The translations under genes were made by a program, and so were the position numbers. DNA of 64,000 bases from Caldithrix sp. (GTDB taxonomy: Bacteria > Zhuqueibacterota > Zhuqueibacteria > Oceanimicrobiales > Oceanimicrobiaceae). Each line of letters begins with the position of its first letter. The stretch's first letter is position 1. The stretch lies in NCBI GenBank assembly GCA_004356825.1, contig SMXC01000249.1:21885-85884 (forward strand), read 5' to 3'. The notes under the pieces were generated by a model, which worked only from the letters and a program-made list of their open reading frames with translations, ran no database searches and had not been told where the DNA came from. Shown piece by piece: positions 50,438 through 59,516 of the stretch.

Positions 50438-52639
50438 TTATTGCTTAAAATTCTTTTTACCGAATCCAATGTTATCGAGCGAATCTTTGACCTTTATCAC
50501 AACGGTGTTGGTTCCTTCAAGGAGTGAAGAAACCTTTATTTCGAACTGTTCTTTTTTAGAATCACAAATGCCATCGACCGGGTAAACCAGACTCCAATCG
50601 TCCGCGTTTAGACCGTATTCGACGGATAAAATATTCATCTGACTATCAAAAACAGAGAAAGACAGAATGGTATTCTTGCCCTGTGAACGTACTTTAATCT
50701 CAGAAACTTCCGGACCTTTATTGTCAACGATAAACGGCTGGCTTATCTTTTCAGATGAAAGGGTCATCGCCGGAGGATTTGAAAGATCGTCTTTCGCCAC
50801 CAACTTTATGAAATAGCGACCGTCGGGGAAAAGTTCGCTATCCCAGGAATAGACATATCCATTAAAATTCTCAGCCAGGGTTCGCCACTGGTTTTCATTC
50901 TCCCCTTTATAAAAAAGATCAAATGATAAATGATCACGGTTTTCATCTTGTGTTCGCCAACTGACAGACCGAAATCCTTTTTTGTAAGTTTTACGCCCAA
51001 GGGATTGGCTTTGAAAACCATTTCGCCCTGATGAATTGTTCTTTCCCAAATGTGAATCATCGGAATTCTTATTGGCAGATCCGGGGTAGTAATCACCTGC
51101 GGAATGCAAAGTTATTTCTTCAATTTGCGGAGCGACATTTTTTTGAAGATACGAAAATGAAACTTGTTTTAGCACGGAAGAGTTCTTACCGTCTTTTGTC
51201 GAAAACTTTGCTTTGAACTGAATAAAACGCGCACTCGGGCTGGTAACCGCTTGTCCCATTGGATTATAGTAACTGCTTGACCACGGGCTCCAGGTCTTAT
51301 CGGGTTCTTCCGTGTTGCCGGAACGGGTGTAAAAAACCAGGCCGGAATTGGAAGTCATTTCCACTTCCCAACTGATTTCCCCCCACTGCGAGGTCACTTT
51401 TGCGTCGACAACATCCGACAAATAATACCCGTCCGAACTGAATCTTGCATTCAAAGTGTAGACGCTTCCGCTATTGGAAGTCCCGAGGTAAATTGTCCCG
51501 TGAGAATTCTTTGCCAGCACGGTAATTTGCAAATCCTCAAGCTGACTTAAAAGCGTGTGCTCACCAGATTGAGACAATGAATAGAGCCTGCCTTTATCAC
51601 CGGTGCCCACTAAAATATTACCGGATGCATTCAGAATCATGGCGTAGATGCGATCCTTCGGAGTGGACCAAAATGTACGCACCATGCCGTCCCTATCGAT
51701 ACGGTAAACTGTGCTGCCCCGTGAACTTCCCCGCCCTCTGCTGCCGGTCGAAATATTCTGAACAGGCAGGTCGAGACCCTCGTCTTCATCATCGTCGAAC
51801 TTGCTATTCTCCTGGCCACCTGAAGTAGAAGTTGCTTTGACAGCAGGAATTGCGGTTTTCAGTAAGGCGTCTCCGGAGATGGCAACATAAATATCTCCTG
51901 AACGGTCTTGCAGCAAATCAGTCACTTCAATAAGGGGAGAATCGTAAAGCACAAATGCTTTGCCGTCAGGAGATATGCGCATCGCTATGCCTTTACCCGA
52001 GGTTCCAGCCAGAATGTTGCCGCTTCTATCCAAAATCATCTTTCGGATGTGAGCGTCTTCGCTTTCGAAAAATAGAGAGTGGCCGCCTTTAGAATCGACT
52101 TTATAAATTAAACCCTTTTCGCCGGTTGCCACAAACAGGTTATTTTGCTTGTCAACGACCATCGACCAAATGTAAATATCTTCGGGATCAAAAAACACAA
52201 CATCTTCCGCTTTGGGAGTGCTTCCAAATGGAATTTTGTATACTTTCCCACGCGGTGAAGTCGCGACGAAGAGGTTGTTCTCGCCATCCGTTGCTAAAGC
52301 GTAAATCTCGATCTCATCGGCTTCAAAAATTTCGGCTGCTTCATTCTTTGAATTAATTTTAAAAACCTTACCGCCATTGCCGCCGGCAACATAAATATTT
52401 CCACGCTGATCCGCCGCCATAGCCCAGACAAAAGGCAAATCTGTGTTAAAAGTTTCATTAATTTGCGGGGCTAGTTTGATCTCACCATAGCTGTTAATTG
52501 AAACCCCTTTCGGTTCACCTTTTTCAAAATCCTTTTGAGTACGGTAGGTGATGATTTTTGGTGTTGAAGCAGCCAACAATGAAACCAAGGCTAAAAGAAT
52601 TAATTTCATGAACAACGAGGATTTTTGTATTTTTTTCAT
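50438..52639 (-). CDS. Secreted beta-propeller protein with Reg_prop-type repeats and C-terminal Y_Y_Y/Ig-like domains. No TM or kinase domain.
   Basis: 733 aa. Signal peptide. At least seven repeats of the form GNIYVAGGNGGKVFKI, NNLFVATSPRGKVYKI, NNLFVATGEKGLIYKV, GNILVGTGDKGRLYSL, GTIYLGTSNSGSVYTL. C-terminal LSFDLFYKGENENQWRTLAENFNGYVYSWDSELFPDGRYFIKLVAKDD is Y_Y_Y-like. Confidence 0.6.
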   Translation of the reverse strand: MKKIQKSSLFMKLILLALVSLLAASTPKIITYRTQKDFEKGEPKGVSINSYGEIKLAPQINETFNTDLPFVWAMAADQRGNIYVAGGNGGKVFKINSKNEAAEIFEADEIEIYALATDGENNLFVATSPRGKVYKIPFGSTPKAEDVVFFDPEDIYIWSMVVDKQNNLFVATGEKGLIYKVDSKGGHSLFFESEDAHIRKMILDRSGNILAGTSGKGIAMRISPDGKAFVLYDSPLIEVTDLLQDRSGDIYVAISGDALLKTAIPAVKATSTSGGQENSKFDDDEDEGLDLPVQNISTGSRGRGSSRGSTVYRIDRDGMVRTFWSTPKDRIYAMILNASGNILVGTGDKGRLYSLSQSGEHTLLSQLEDLQITVLAKNSHGTIYLGTSNSGSVYTLNARFSSDGYYLSDVVDAKVTSQWGEISWEVEMTSNSGLVFYTRSGNTEEPDKTWSPWSSSYYNPMGQAVTSPSARFIQFKAKFSTKDGKNSSVLKQVSFSYLQKNVAPQIEEITLHSAGDYYPGSANKNSDDSHLGKNNSSGRNGFQSQSLGRKTYKKGFRSVSWRTQDENRDHLSFDLFYKGENENQWRTLAENFNGYVYSWDSELFPDGRYFIKLVAKDDLSNPPAMTLSSEKISQPFIVDNKGPEVSEIKVRSQGKNTILSFSVFDSQMNILSVEYGLNADDWSLVYPVDGICDSKKEQFEIKVSSLLEGTNTVVIKVKDSLDNIGFGKKNFKQ

Positions 52640-52656
52640 AATCCCTTACTTGATTT

Positions 52657-54489
52657 TTACCTGGGTTCTACACTAATTAAAATGGTTTTACCGCCTGAAA
52701 CGGAATAATTGACTTCCACACTCGTCTCAAAAAGAACGCGATTTCTTAAGTTAGAAAGATTCCCAGATGATTTCTGAGCATTCATCACGGCAAGAATTGA
52801 AGGCGGAAGGGCAGGCAGTTCTTCCCCGGCGACCAGGACTCCTTTGTCTCGCAAACGAATCTGAAAAAACAGATAATTATTTTTTCGTCTTTCTTTCAGC
52901 AGCTTCGTAAGTTGTTGAAAGCTTTTGGGTCTAAACTTCTGCGGCGACGTTCTGGCCTCCTGTCGGGTGAGGGTGCCACCGCTTCCTGCATAAATCGAGA
53001 TTCGCCGTTCACGAATTCCTTCCGGAATTTTTAGCACATGGTCTATTTTGTGTTCCTCACCCTGATATTCTCTGAAATAAACAGACAGTTTAATTTCATC
53101 ACCCGGTTTAACCACCATTCTATCGACTTCAATTTTTTCAACGATGGCAAGATTCTTTTGGTGCAGGGCCTCAAAATTCAACTCAACCGACTCGATTTCC
53201 GGAGCCTCAAAATTGTTAGACAGAAGTGCGCCAACCGTTGCTGAGATTTCTCCGGTCGCTTCAATCGTGTCCGTGATGAAAGTTGAAGGTCTGCCGCCGG
53301 CATAATAATTTTGCAGGGGGATAGATTCGTAACCTTTTAAATTAATTTTGCCTTCCAGTTTCAGAGTCTGGTTCCCTTGAGACAAACGGACCGATTCCAA
53401 AGCATTTGTTAAAACAATGGTGAAAATAAACGGCGTCAAAGAATAGAGTCTGCGATCCTCTGCAATTCGAAAATTAAACTCTTTGTCGTCTTGAAACTTA
53501 GAGCGGAAACGCAGCCGGATGGGAATCATTTTAGCTGACTCACCCGTAACGCCCATAATTCCGGTTGTGCGATCCTGGTGAATCGTCCCGGCGATTTCAG
53601 TGAGCGCAGACATTTTTGTAGAAAACATCAAACTCGAGAGAGTTGTGAGAATTTTTGCTTTGCCCATCGGCAGTTCAAGCGCGCCGCTGTTCAAGAACGA
53701 GTGTCCCATTCCCAGGACTTTATTGCCATCTACATAAGTTACAGTGCCCGTTGCTTGCAGTCCCATATCGCCATCGACGATAACAATAGAATATGCAGAG
53801 CCAGGTTCTAAAGGTCCTAAATCTGGTTTTTCATTTGTGAACGTTCCGCCGCCGCTTAGAACCTGCACGCCCATTCCGTCAAAAACGGTTGAACAAAATT
53901 CTAAAACCGAATTCTCGAATCCCGAAAAAATAAGCGGCGTGTCTAAAGGATTAATTCGGGCCAGGCTTGTTTTCCTTTTGGCCCTCCTAAATTCGAGGGG
54001 AAGAATATCTTCCAGGGAGAACTCCTGTGCTCCGACCGCCATTGCGAGATAGGATTCATTAAACCCGCGAACGGCGGCCAATTCCTCGGGACGTACTTTT
54101 TCCCAGGCAAGAATTTCAAACATTTGCTCAATGGGCGTGACGCCGGCGATGGGCTCTTTCATGAAAATGCCCATGCTGTAGGACAACGCTCCGATGAGCT
54201 TGCCGTCGATGTACATCGGGCTGCCACTCATGCCCGCCACAACACCAGTGTACTCGATTTTTTCACCAATAAGTCTGGTCAAAATCAAATCGCGTTTCGC
54301 TCTGAAGTTGGGAATAATTTCGAGAACTTCGAATTCAAATTCTTCGATTTCAGTACCGACAAAAACGGTTTTGCCTATCCCGCGCATGCCCGGTTTGATT
54401 TGATTTAAGGGCATGATCTCTTCGCCGGCAAAACCGGTGTTTGCAAATAAAACCAAAATTGAAAGTAAAATCATTTTTTTTGGAATCAT
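52657..54489 (-). CDS. Secreted serine peptidase-like protein with SpoIVB/S55-like motifs (GMSGSP) and a large C-terminal domain.
   Basis: Start set at MIPKKMILLSILVLFANTGFAG (signal peptide, ATG at 54489) rather than the longest ORF. VAGMSGSPMYIDGKLIGALSY resembles the SpoIVB catalytic Ser block. TGTVTYVDGNKVLGMGHSF resembles the SpoIVB His block but lies downstream of the Ser block. Confidence 0.45.
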   Translation of the reverse strand: MIPKKMILLSILVLFANTGFAGEEIMPLNQIKPGMRGIGKTVFVGTEIEEFEFEVLEIIPNFRAKRDLILTRLIGEKIEYTGVVAGMSGSPMYIDGKLIGALSYSMGIFMKEPIAGVTPIEQMFEILAWEKVRPEELAAVRGFNESYLAMAVGAQEFSLEDILPLEFRRAKRKTSLARINPLDTPLIFSGFENSVLEFCSTVFDGMGVQVLSGGGTFTNEKPDLGPLEPGSAYSIVIVDGDMGLQATGTVTYVDGNKVLGMGHSFLNSGALELPMGKAKILTTLSSLMFSTKMSALTEIAGTIHQDRTTGIMGVTGESAKMIPIRLRFRSKFQDDKEFNFRIAEDRRLYSLTPFIFTIVLTNALESVRLSQGNQTLKLEGKINLKGYESIPLQNYYAGGRPSTFITDTIEATGEISATVGALLSNNFEAPEIESVELNFEALHQKNLAIVEKIEVDRMVVKPGDEIKLSVYFREYQGEEHKIDHVLKIPEGIRERRISIYAGSGGTLTRQEARTSPQKFRPKSFQQLTKLLKERRKNNYLFFQIRLRDKGVLVAGEELPALPPSILAVMNAQKSSGNLSNLRNRVLFETSVEVNYSVSGGKTILISVEPR

Positions 54490-54563
54490 GATAAAAAATG
54501 TTTTTAAAAAGAAGTCATTCCCGCGCAGGCGGAATCCAGAACAAAGCAGAAGCAGCCTAAGAT

Positions 54564-54597
54564 GAAAAAAACCTGGATGCCCGCCTGCCGTGGGCAT
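54564..54597 (-). terminator. Rho-independent terminator downstream of the phosphohexomutase gene.
   Basis: Minus strand: ATGCCC-ACGGCAGGC-GGGCAT, then CCAGG and T7. A second bulged hairpin (ATTCCcGC-GCAG-GCGGAAT) at 54517-54535 lies just upstream of the peptidase start. Confidence 0.5.
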
Positions 54598-54657
54598 GAC
54601 ATATTGCCAGAATCGGTTATCCATAATTATTCAATTTGACCAAATAAAACAAAAGAT

Positions 54658-56055
54658 TTAAGCAATTGCAAAATCTTCATCCGAAAATTTAATTGAAGGA
54701 TATTCCCGCAATTTCGTCTTGAAGACTTCAATGATTTCCTGCAAACGGTCTTTAGTTTTAGCTTCAAATCGCAGGACCAAAACCGGCTGCGTGTTGGACG
54801 CACGAACCAGCCCCCAGCCGTCGCCAAACAATACCCGCGCGCCGTCGATATCAATGGCGTCATAACTTTTCTTAAAGTAATCCGCAATATCCGCCACAAC
54901 GTTAAATTTGTCTTCATCGGTCGCATCAATTCGAATTTCGGGAGTCGACTCAAAATGTGGAATTTCATCGACGATCTCGGAGAGTTTTTGGTCGGTGTTT
55001 GAGAGAATTTGCATGAGCCGGCCCGAAACATAAATCGCGTCGTCGAAGCCAAAATAATCATCCGCATAAAAAATATGCCCGGACATCTCACCTGCCAAGG
55101 GCGAGTTAATTTCTTTCATTTTTGCTTTTAAAAGCGAGTGACCGGTTTTCCACATCAGGGGTTTACCGCCGTGTTTCCGAATTTCTTCAGGAAGCGCCTG
55201 GGAACATTTTACATCAAAAACAATTTCTGAACCTGGATTTCGATCTAAAACCTCGCGGCTTAAAATCGCCAGCAGCGTATCCGCAAAAATCATCCGGCCT
55301 TTTTCATCGATAACCCCAACGCGATCGCTATCGCCGTCGTAACCGATCCCCAGGTCTGCCCCGGTTTCGAGAACCTTTTCCTGCAAATCAACTACGTATT
55401 TCAGGACAGTCGGATCGGGCAGGTGGTTGGGAAAGCGGCCGTCAGGTTCACAGTAAATGCATTCCACATCGCATCCCATGTCTTCCCAGAGCTTAGGCGC
55501 AACAAGACCAGCGGTGCCATTGCCGGCATCGATGACAATCTTGAGTTTCTTATTAAATTTCAGCTTGGACTTTAAGGTCGTTACGTAATCATCCATGACG
55601 TTTTTCTCGACGATCTCTCCGGCGCCCGTGGCAAAATCGTCGCTCTCGATAATTTTGCGAATTTCCTGAATTTGCTCCCCATAAACCGGCACTACGCCTT
55701 TCTTGGAGATTTTTAAACCGTTGTAGTCAATCGGGTTGTGACTGCCGGTAATCATGACACCGCCGTCGGCGTTTAAATGAAGAATAGCAAAATATTGAAT
55801 GGGAGTAAGTGTTACACCAACATCTATGACATTGACTCCTGTTGATTGCAGTCCTTTAATAAGCGCATCCCGAAGGCGCGGCGAAGAAAGCCGAACATCC
55901 CGGCCAATAACTAAAGTCTTTGAACCCTGCCGACCCAAAAATGTGCCGATTCCTTTACCCAGCAGAACGACATTTTCATCAACCAGATCTTCATCTGCGA
56001 TTCCCCGGATGTCATATTCACGAAAAATGGTTGGTTTGAGCATTAAGTCCTCCAT
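54658..56055 (-). CDS. Phosphoglucomutase/phosphomannomutase (alpha-D-phosphohexomutase family).
   Basis: 465 aa. Active-site Ser loop TGSHNP. Metal-binding DGDSDR. Sugar-binding GEMSGH. Four-domain layout. Confidence 0.85.
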   Translation of the reverse strand: MEDLMLKPTIFREYDIRGIADEDLVDENVVLLGKGIGTFLGRQGSKTLVIGRDVRLSSPRLRDALIKGLQSTGVNVIDVGVTLTPIQYFAILHLNADGGVMITGSHNPIDYNGLKISKKGVVPVYGEQIQEIRKIIESDDFATGAGEIVEKNVMDDYVTTLKSKLKFNKKLKIVIDAGNGTAGLVAPKLWEDMGCDVECIYCEPDGRFPNHLPDPTVLKYVVDLQEKVLETGADLGIGYDGDSDRVGVIDEKGRMIFADTLLAILSREVLDRNPGSEIVFDVKCSQALPEEIRKHGGKPLMWKTGHSLLKAKMKEINSPLAGEMSGHIFYADDYFGFDDAIYVSGRLMQILSNTDQKLSEIVDEIPHFESTPEIRIDATDEDKFNVVADIADYFKKSYDAIDIDGARVLFGDGWGLVRASNTQPVLVLRFEAKTKDRLQEIIEVFKTKLREYPSIKFSDEDFAIA

Positions 56056-56223
56056 GTACTTAAAAAGTATTCAGCTTTAATAGGCTGAGCAAGTTATTCG
56101 TTTATTCGTTATTCGCCACACAAAGCTCATGCTGAGCGGAAATCCAACTCAAGATGACTCCCAGGTTAATTTTGGCAGCTGAATCAATCAACGCTCGACA
56201 AGAACTCATCACAACAGGATTAT

Positions 56224-57114
56224 TTATTCATACTCACAAAATAAGATTCGATCTATTTCGTTCAGATCTTGAAAAATATTTATATTATTGAAGCTGGTTT
56301 TTACGAAAATTTCTTTTACTGCCACCGCCTGGCCTAAACCAAGCTCAAGCATTAAGAATCCGGATGTTTTAATTAGCTCGGGTGAAAGCTCAGCAATTTT
56401 GCGATAAAAGCTTAAGCCATCCCGGTTGTCGCTGAGGGCAACTGCGGGCTCATACTTTTTGATTTCTTCGGGCAAGTCTTCAAAATCTGTTGGGGAAACA
56501 TACGGTGGATTTGAAACCAGTACGTCAAATTTGTCAGGAAAATAGTTTGCAATTTTTGATGAAGTGCAATCTTGATTTATGAACTGTATCCGGTCATCAA
56601 CGCCATTTAAGCCGGCATTTTTTTCAGCAACTTTAAGAGCGTCCCTTGATATATCTAAAGAAGTTATTCGGGCATTCTCCAAATATTTTGCTAAACTTAC
56701 GGAAATACACCCCGAACCGGTGCCAAATTCCAGAACCTCAATCTGATCTTTTGAGGCGAATTTCTCTTTGCACATTTGAATGGTTTTTTCCACCAGAATT
56801 TCCGTCTCCGGACGCGGAATCAAGACGTTCTCATCCACAACAAAAGGTAATGACATGAACTCAGCTTCGCCAAGAATATATTGCAAAGGTTCCCGGTCTG
56901 CTCGTCTTTTTAAGCAACGCTTGAATGCTGCCGCTTCGGTTTGAGTCAAATAACGATCCTGGTTCAAGTAGAGATCAACGCGATTTATCCCCAAAGTATG
57001 GCGCAATAACTGCTCTGCATTCAACCGCGCGTTTTCAATTCCTTTTTCGGACAACATTTTTGAGCTGTCGTTTAAAAGATCAACAATATTCCTTGTCATT
57101 GAAGATAGAATCAT
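56224..57114 (-). CDS. prmC: Release-factor glutamine N5-methyltransferase PrmC (HemK).
   Basis: 296 aa. SAM-binding VLEFGTGSG. Catalytic NPPY (VLVSNPPYV). Belongs to the prfA operon. Confidence 0.85.
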   Translation of the reverse strand: MILSSMTRNIVDLLNDSSKMLSEKGIENARLNAEQLLRHTLGINRVDLYLNQDRYLTQTEAAAFKRCLKRRADREPLQYILGEAEFMSLPFVVDENVLIPRPETEILVEKTIQMCKEKFASKDQIEVLEFGTGSGCISVSLAKYLENARITSLDISRDALKVAEKNAGLNGVDDRIQFINQDCTSSKIANYFPDKFDVLVSNPPYVSPTDFEDLPEEIKKYEPAVALSDNRDGLSFYRKIAELSPELIKTSGFLMLELGLGQAVAVKEIFVKTSFNNINIFQDLNEIDRILFCEYE

Positions 57115-57130
57115 TAAGGCTATTCTATAT

Positions 57131-57979
57131 CTATTGTTCCCAGCTCGATCTGGTCGCCGCCTTCCTCAGTATTTCACGATTTGTATTTGTCGGAGGCGGC
57201 TCGGATTCGCCGAAGACGGCCCTGATCCAATGACCATCCGTTGGGTTTGGGAGCAGGATGAACTTTCGCCCGAAGAGATCTTTGTCTTGCTCCATAAGCT
57301 TGGTTCGTTCGTCAATGTCTGTGACGTAGTAAACCCGCTTAAAATCGTTGAGGTTATCGCCCATAAATAGCACGATTTCATAGTCATTACCTATCTCATC
57401 CTGCCGTTTTTGCTTGTTGGATGTATCGGTTAGAACCGTTAGATGATTTTCATCGGCGTAGGGGAATCCATTGATCTTCAGGTGATCCATCGCGTACTCG
57501 AAAGTTTTCGCGCCCTGGTTCCGGCTTGTGACATAGAAGACCTCAACATCATTGTCCTTACAGAAGGCAAGAAAGTCCACGGACCCGGGCGTAGGAACCA
57601 CCTTGTTTTCCGGGATCCACCGATCCCAAATAGAATCGTCAAAAAAAGCCTGGTTATTATTAATCAAATATCCCCAGTAATTTACGGTATTGAGGATGGT
57701 GTCGTCCATATCCATTACCACTGCCAATGTTTTATCCCCGGGTGTTCGAGTAGACAACGCACGCTCCACTTGCATTCGTGCAATGTTGTAGGCCTGATAA
57801 TACAGTGCCCTGTACTCTGCTGCTGTTTGTTTCCATGCCACAGCCATCATAAGTGAATTTTGGGAACTGGGATTGGAAGATTTCGCCGACACAATGCTAA
57901 CTACGCCACATAGGAAAACAGTGCTGCAAAATTTTACGAACTGCGCCCTGATGGAACAGGGTTGGCATTTGTGATGCAA
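57131..57979 (-). CDS. HAD-superfamily class B acid phosphatase / 5'-nucleotidase, lipoprotein e(P4) family.
   Basis: 282 aa. Signal peptide. HAD motif I AVVMDMDDTILNT (DxDxT). Motif II (VTSR), motif III K, motif IV GDNLNDF. Inserted between prfA and prmC. Confidence 0.7.
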   Translation of the reverse strand: MHHKCQPCSIRAQFVKFCSTVFLCGVVSIVSAKSSNPSSQNSLMMAVAWKQTAAEYRALYYQAYNIARMQVERALSTRTPGDKTLAVVMDMDDTILNTVNYWGYLINNNQAFFDDSIWDRWIPENKVVPTPGSVDFLAFCKDNDVEVFYVTSRNQGAKTFEYAMDHLKINGFPYADENHLTVLTDTSNKQKRQDEIGNDYEIVLFMGDNLNDFKRVYYVTDIDERTKLMEQDKDLFGRKFILLPNPTDGHWIRAVFGESEPPPTNTNREILRKAATRSSWEQ

Positions 57980-58111
57980 TCGATGCTCCTTGCTTTGTGT
58001 TCGAAAATTACTTATATCAACATTATTGCGTGCTTTTTTATTGCTTCAACCGAACGATCCTAGTTCAACCAAAATCAAGGCGATTCATTTCCAAAGTATT
58101 CCCAATAATTG

Positions 58112-58215
58112 CACGGCATTCAACCGCGCCTTTTCAATTCCTTTTTCGGACAAGAATTTGGGACTGTCGTTTCAAAAGTCAACAATATTGCTTGCATTTG
58201 AGAACAGAGTCATTG
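58112..58215. repeat. Degenerate duplicate of the 5' end of prmC (about 105 bp, roughly 80-85% identical to 57009..57114); pseudogene fragment left at the original prfA-prmC junction.
   Basis: Direct repeat: gcattcaaccgcgcSttttcaattcctttttcggacaa...ctgtcgttt(c/a)aaag(a/t)caacaatatt... occurs at 57017-57095 and 58112-58190. On the minus strand, copy B reads ATG ACT CTG TTC TCA AAT GCA AGC AAT ATT GTT GAC TTT TGA (stop after 13 codons), versus the intact MILSSMTRNIVDLLND. Confidence 0.55.
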
Positions 58216-58229
58216 GATTAACTAAAATA

Positions 58230-59297
58230 CTAACCAGCCTTTTTCAACAACTCAGCCTGGTCTGCGAGACGGAGTTTGTCGATGACTTCCTGAATATCAC
58301 CATCAAGCACTTCGTCGAGGCGGTAGAGAGTTAAGCCAATCCGGTGGTCGGTAAGCCTGCTTTGGGGAAAGTTGTATGTTCTGACTTTGGCGCTGCGATC
58401 GCCGGAACTGATCATGGAACGACGACTCTCGGTTAACTTTTCCTGCTCCTCACGCTGCTTCTTTTCCAGCAACCTCGCCTTGAGAACTTTCAGGGCTTTG
58501 GCGCGGTTTTTATGCTGGGATTTTTCATCCTGGCAGGTCACCACCATGCCGGTGGGAATGTGGGTAATTCGAACGGCGGAATCGGTGGTATTCACGCTTT
58601 GGCCGCCGGGTCCCGAGGAACGGTAAACATCGATTTTCAATTCGTTGGGCTCGATTGAAATTTCAACTTCTTCAGCTTCGGGCAGCACCACAACAGATGC
58701 CGCCGAAGTATGGATTCTGCCGTTGGTCTCGGTTTTCGGCACCCTTTGCACACGATGTACGCCGCTTTCATACTTCATGACGCCGTAAACATTTTCCCCG
58801 TTCATCATAAAAATAATTTCCTTAAACCCTCCCACGCCCTGCGGATTTGAACTTAGCACTTCAATTTTCCAGCCTATCCTTTCAGCAAACCGGCTGTACA
58901 TTCGATAGAGATCACCGGCAAAAAGCCCGGCTTCATCGCCACCGGTTCCTGCTCTAACCTCAACGATTACATTTTTTTTATCTTGGGGGTCCTTAGGCAG
59001 CAACAAAACCTTGAGTTCCTCTTCGAGATCAATCTTCTTTGGTGTCAGTTCTTCAAGCTCGAGTTCGGCGAGTTCGCGCAGCTCTTCATCGCTGTCATTT
59101 TTGAGAACAGATTCGTCCTCCTGCAAGGTGGTTAAAACTTTTTTATACTCGTGATATTTTTCTATGGTTTTGTCCAGCCCACTCCTCTCTTTTGCGATTT
59201 CTTTGTATTTGGCAGGGTCTTGAGTGACATTTGGATCCATTAAAAGCTCACAAAGCTCTTGATAACGCTTATCAATTTTTTCCAATTGTTCTAACAT
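58230..59297 (-). CDS. prfA: Peptide chain release factor 1.
   Basis: GGQ motif (SGPGGQSVNTTDSAVRITHIPTG). PxT-type codon-recognition region. RF1 length (356 aa) if started at MLEQLEKIDKRYQEL (ATG at 59297). The longest ORF (to 59405) adds a non-conserved 36 aa. Confidence 0.9.
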   Translation of the reverse strand: MLEQLEKIDKRYQELCELLMDPNVTQDPAKYKEIAKERSGLDKTIEKYHEYKKVLTTLQEDESVLKNDSDEELRELAELELEELTPKKIDLEEELKVLLLPKDPQDKKNVIVEVRAGTGGDEAGLFAGDLYRMYSRFAERIGWKIEVLSSNPQGVGGFKEIIFMMNGENVYGVMKYESGVHRVQRVPKTETNGRIHTSAASVVVLPEAEEVEISIEPNELKIDVYRSSGPGGQSVNTTDSAVRITHIPTGMVVTCQDEKSQHKNRAKALKVLKARLLEKKQREEQEKLTESRRSMISSGDRSAKVRTYNFPQSRLTDHRIGLTLYRLDEVLDGDIQEVIDKLRLADQAELLKKAG

Positions 59298-59516
59298 TTG
59301 AGTCTCCGCCAAAATCCTAGTAATGTGATTCCAAAAGCCTGCGTAATCAAAGTGTCCGTACAAAGGATCGCAAAATCTGCCTTGGAGTCTGTCATTTGTT
59401 GTCATTAAGTCAATTATTGTCTGCTAATGACACAATGACCATCAATGACTGGCGCAGCATTTAAGACAACAATACGATTACCCGTTGAAATGATAATTAA
59501 GAATCGCTGCTCTAGT

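Noticed and set aside
54627-55091. 154 aa minus-strand ORF overlapping the 3' end of the phosphohexomutase gene.
   Set aside because: Out-of-frame overlap with a strongly supported conserved gene. No independent features.
56075-56100. Short tandem repeat (gttattcg x3) between the phosphohexomutase and prmC genes.
   Set aside because: Only three imperfect 8-mers. Too short to call a repeat element or a binding array.
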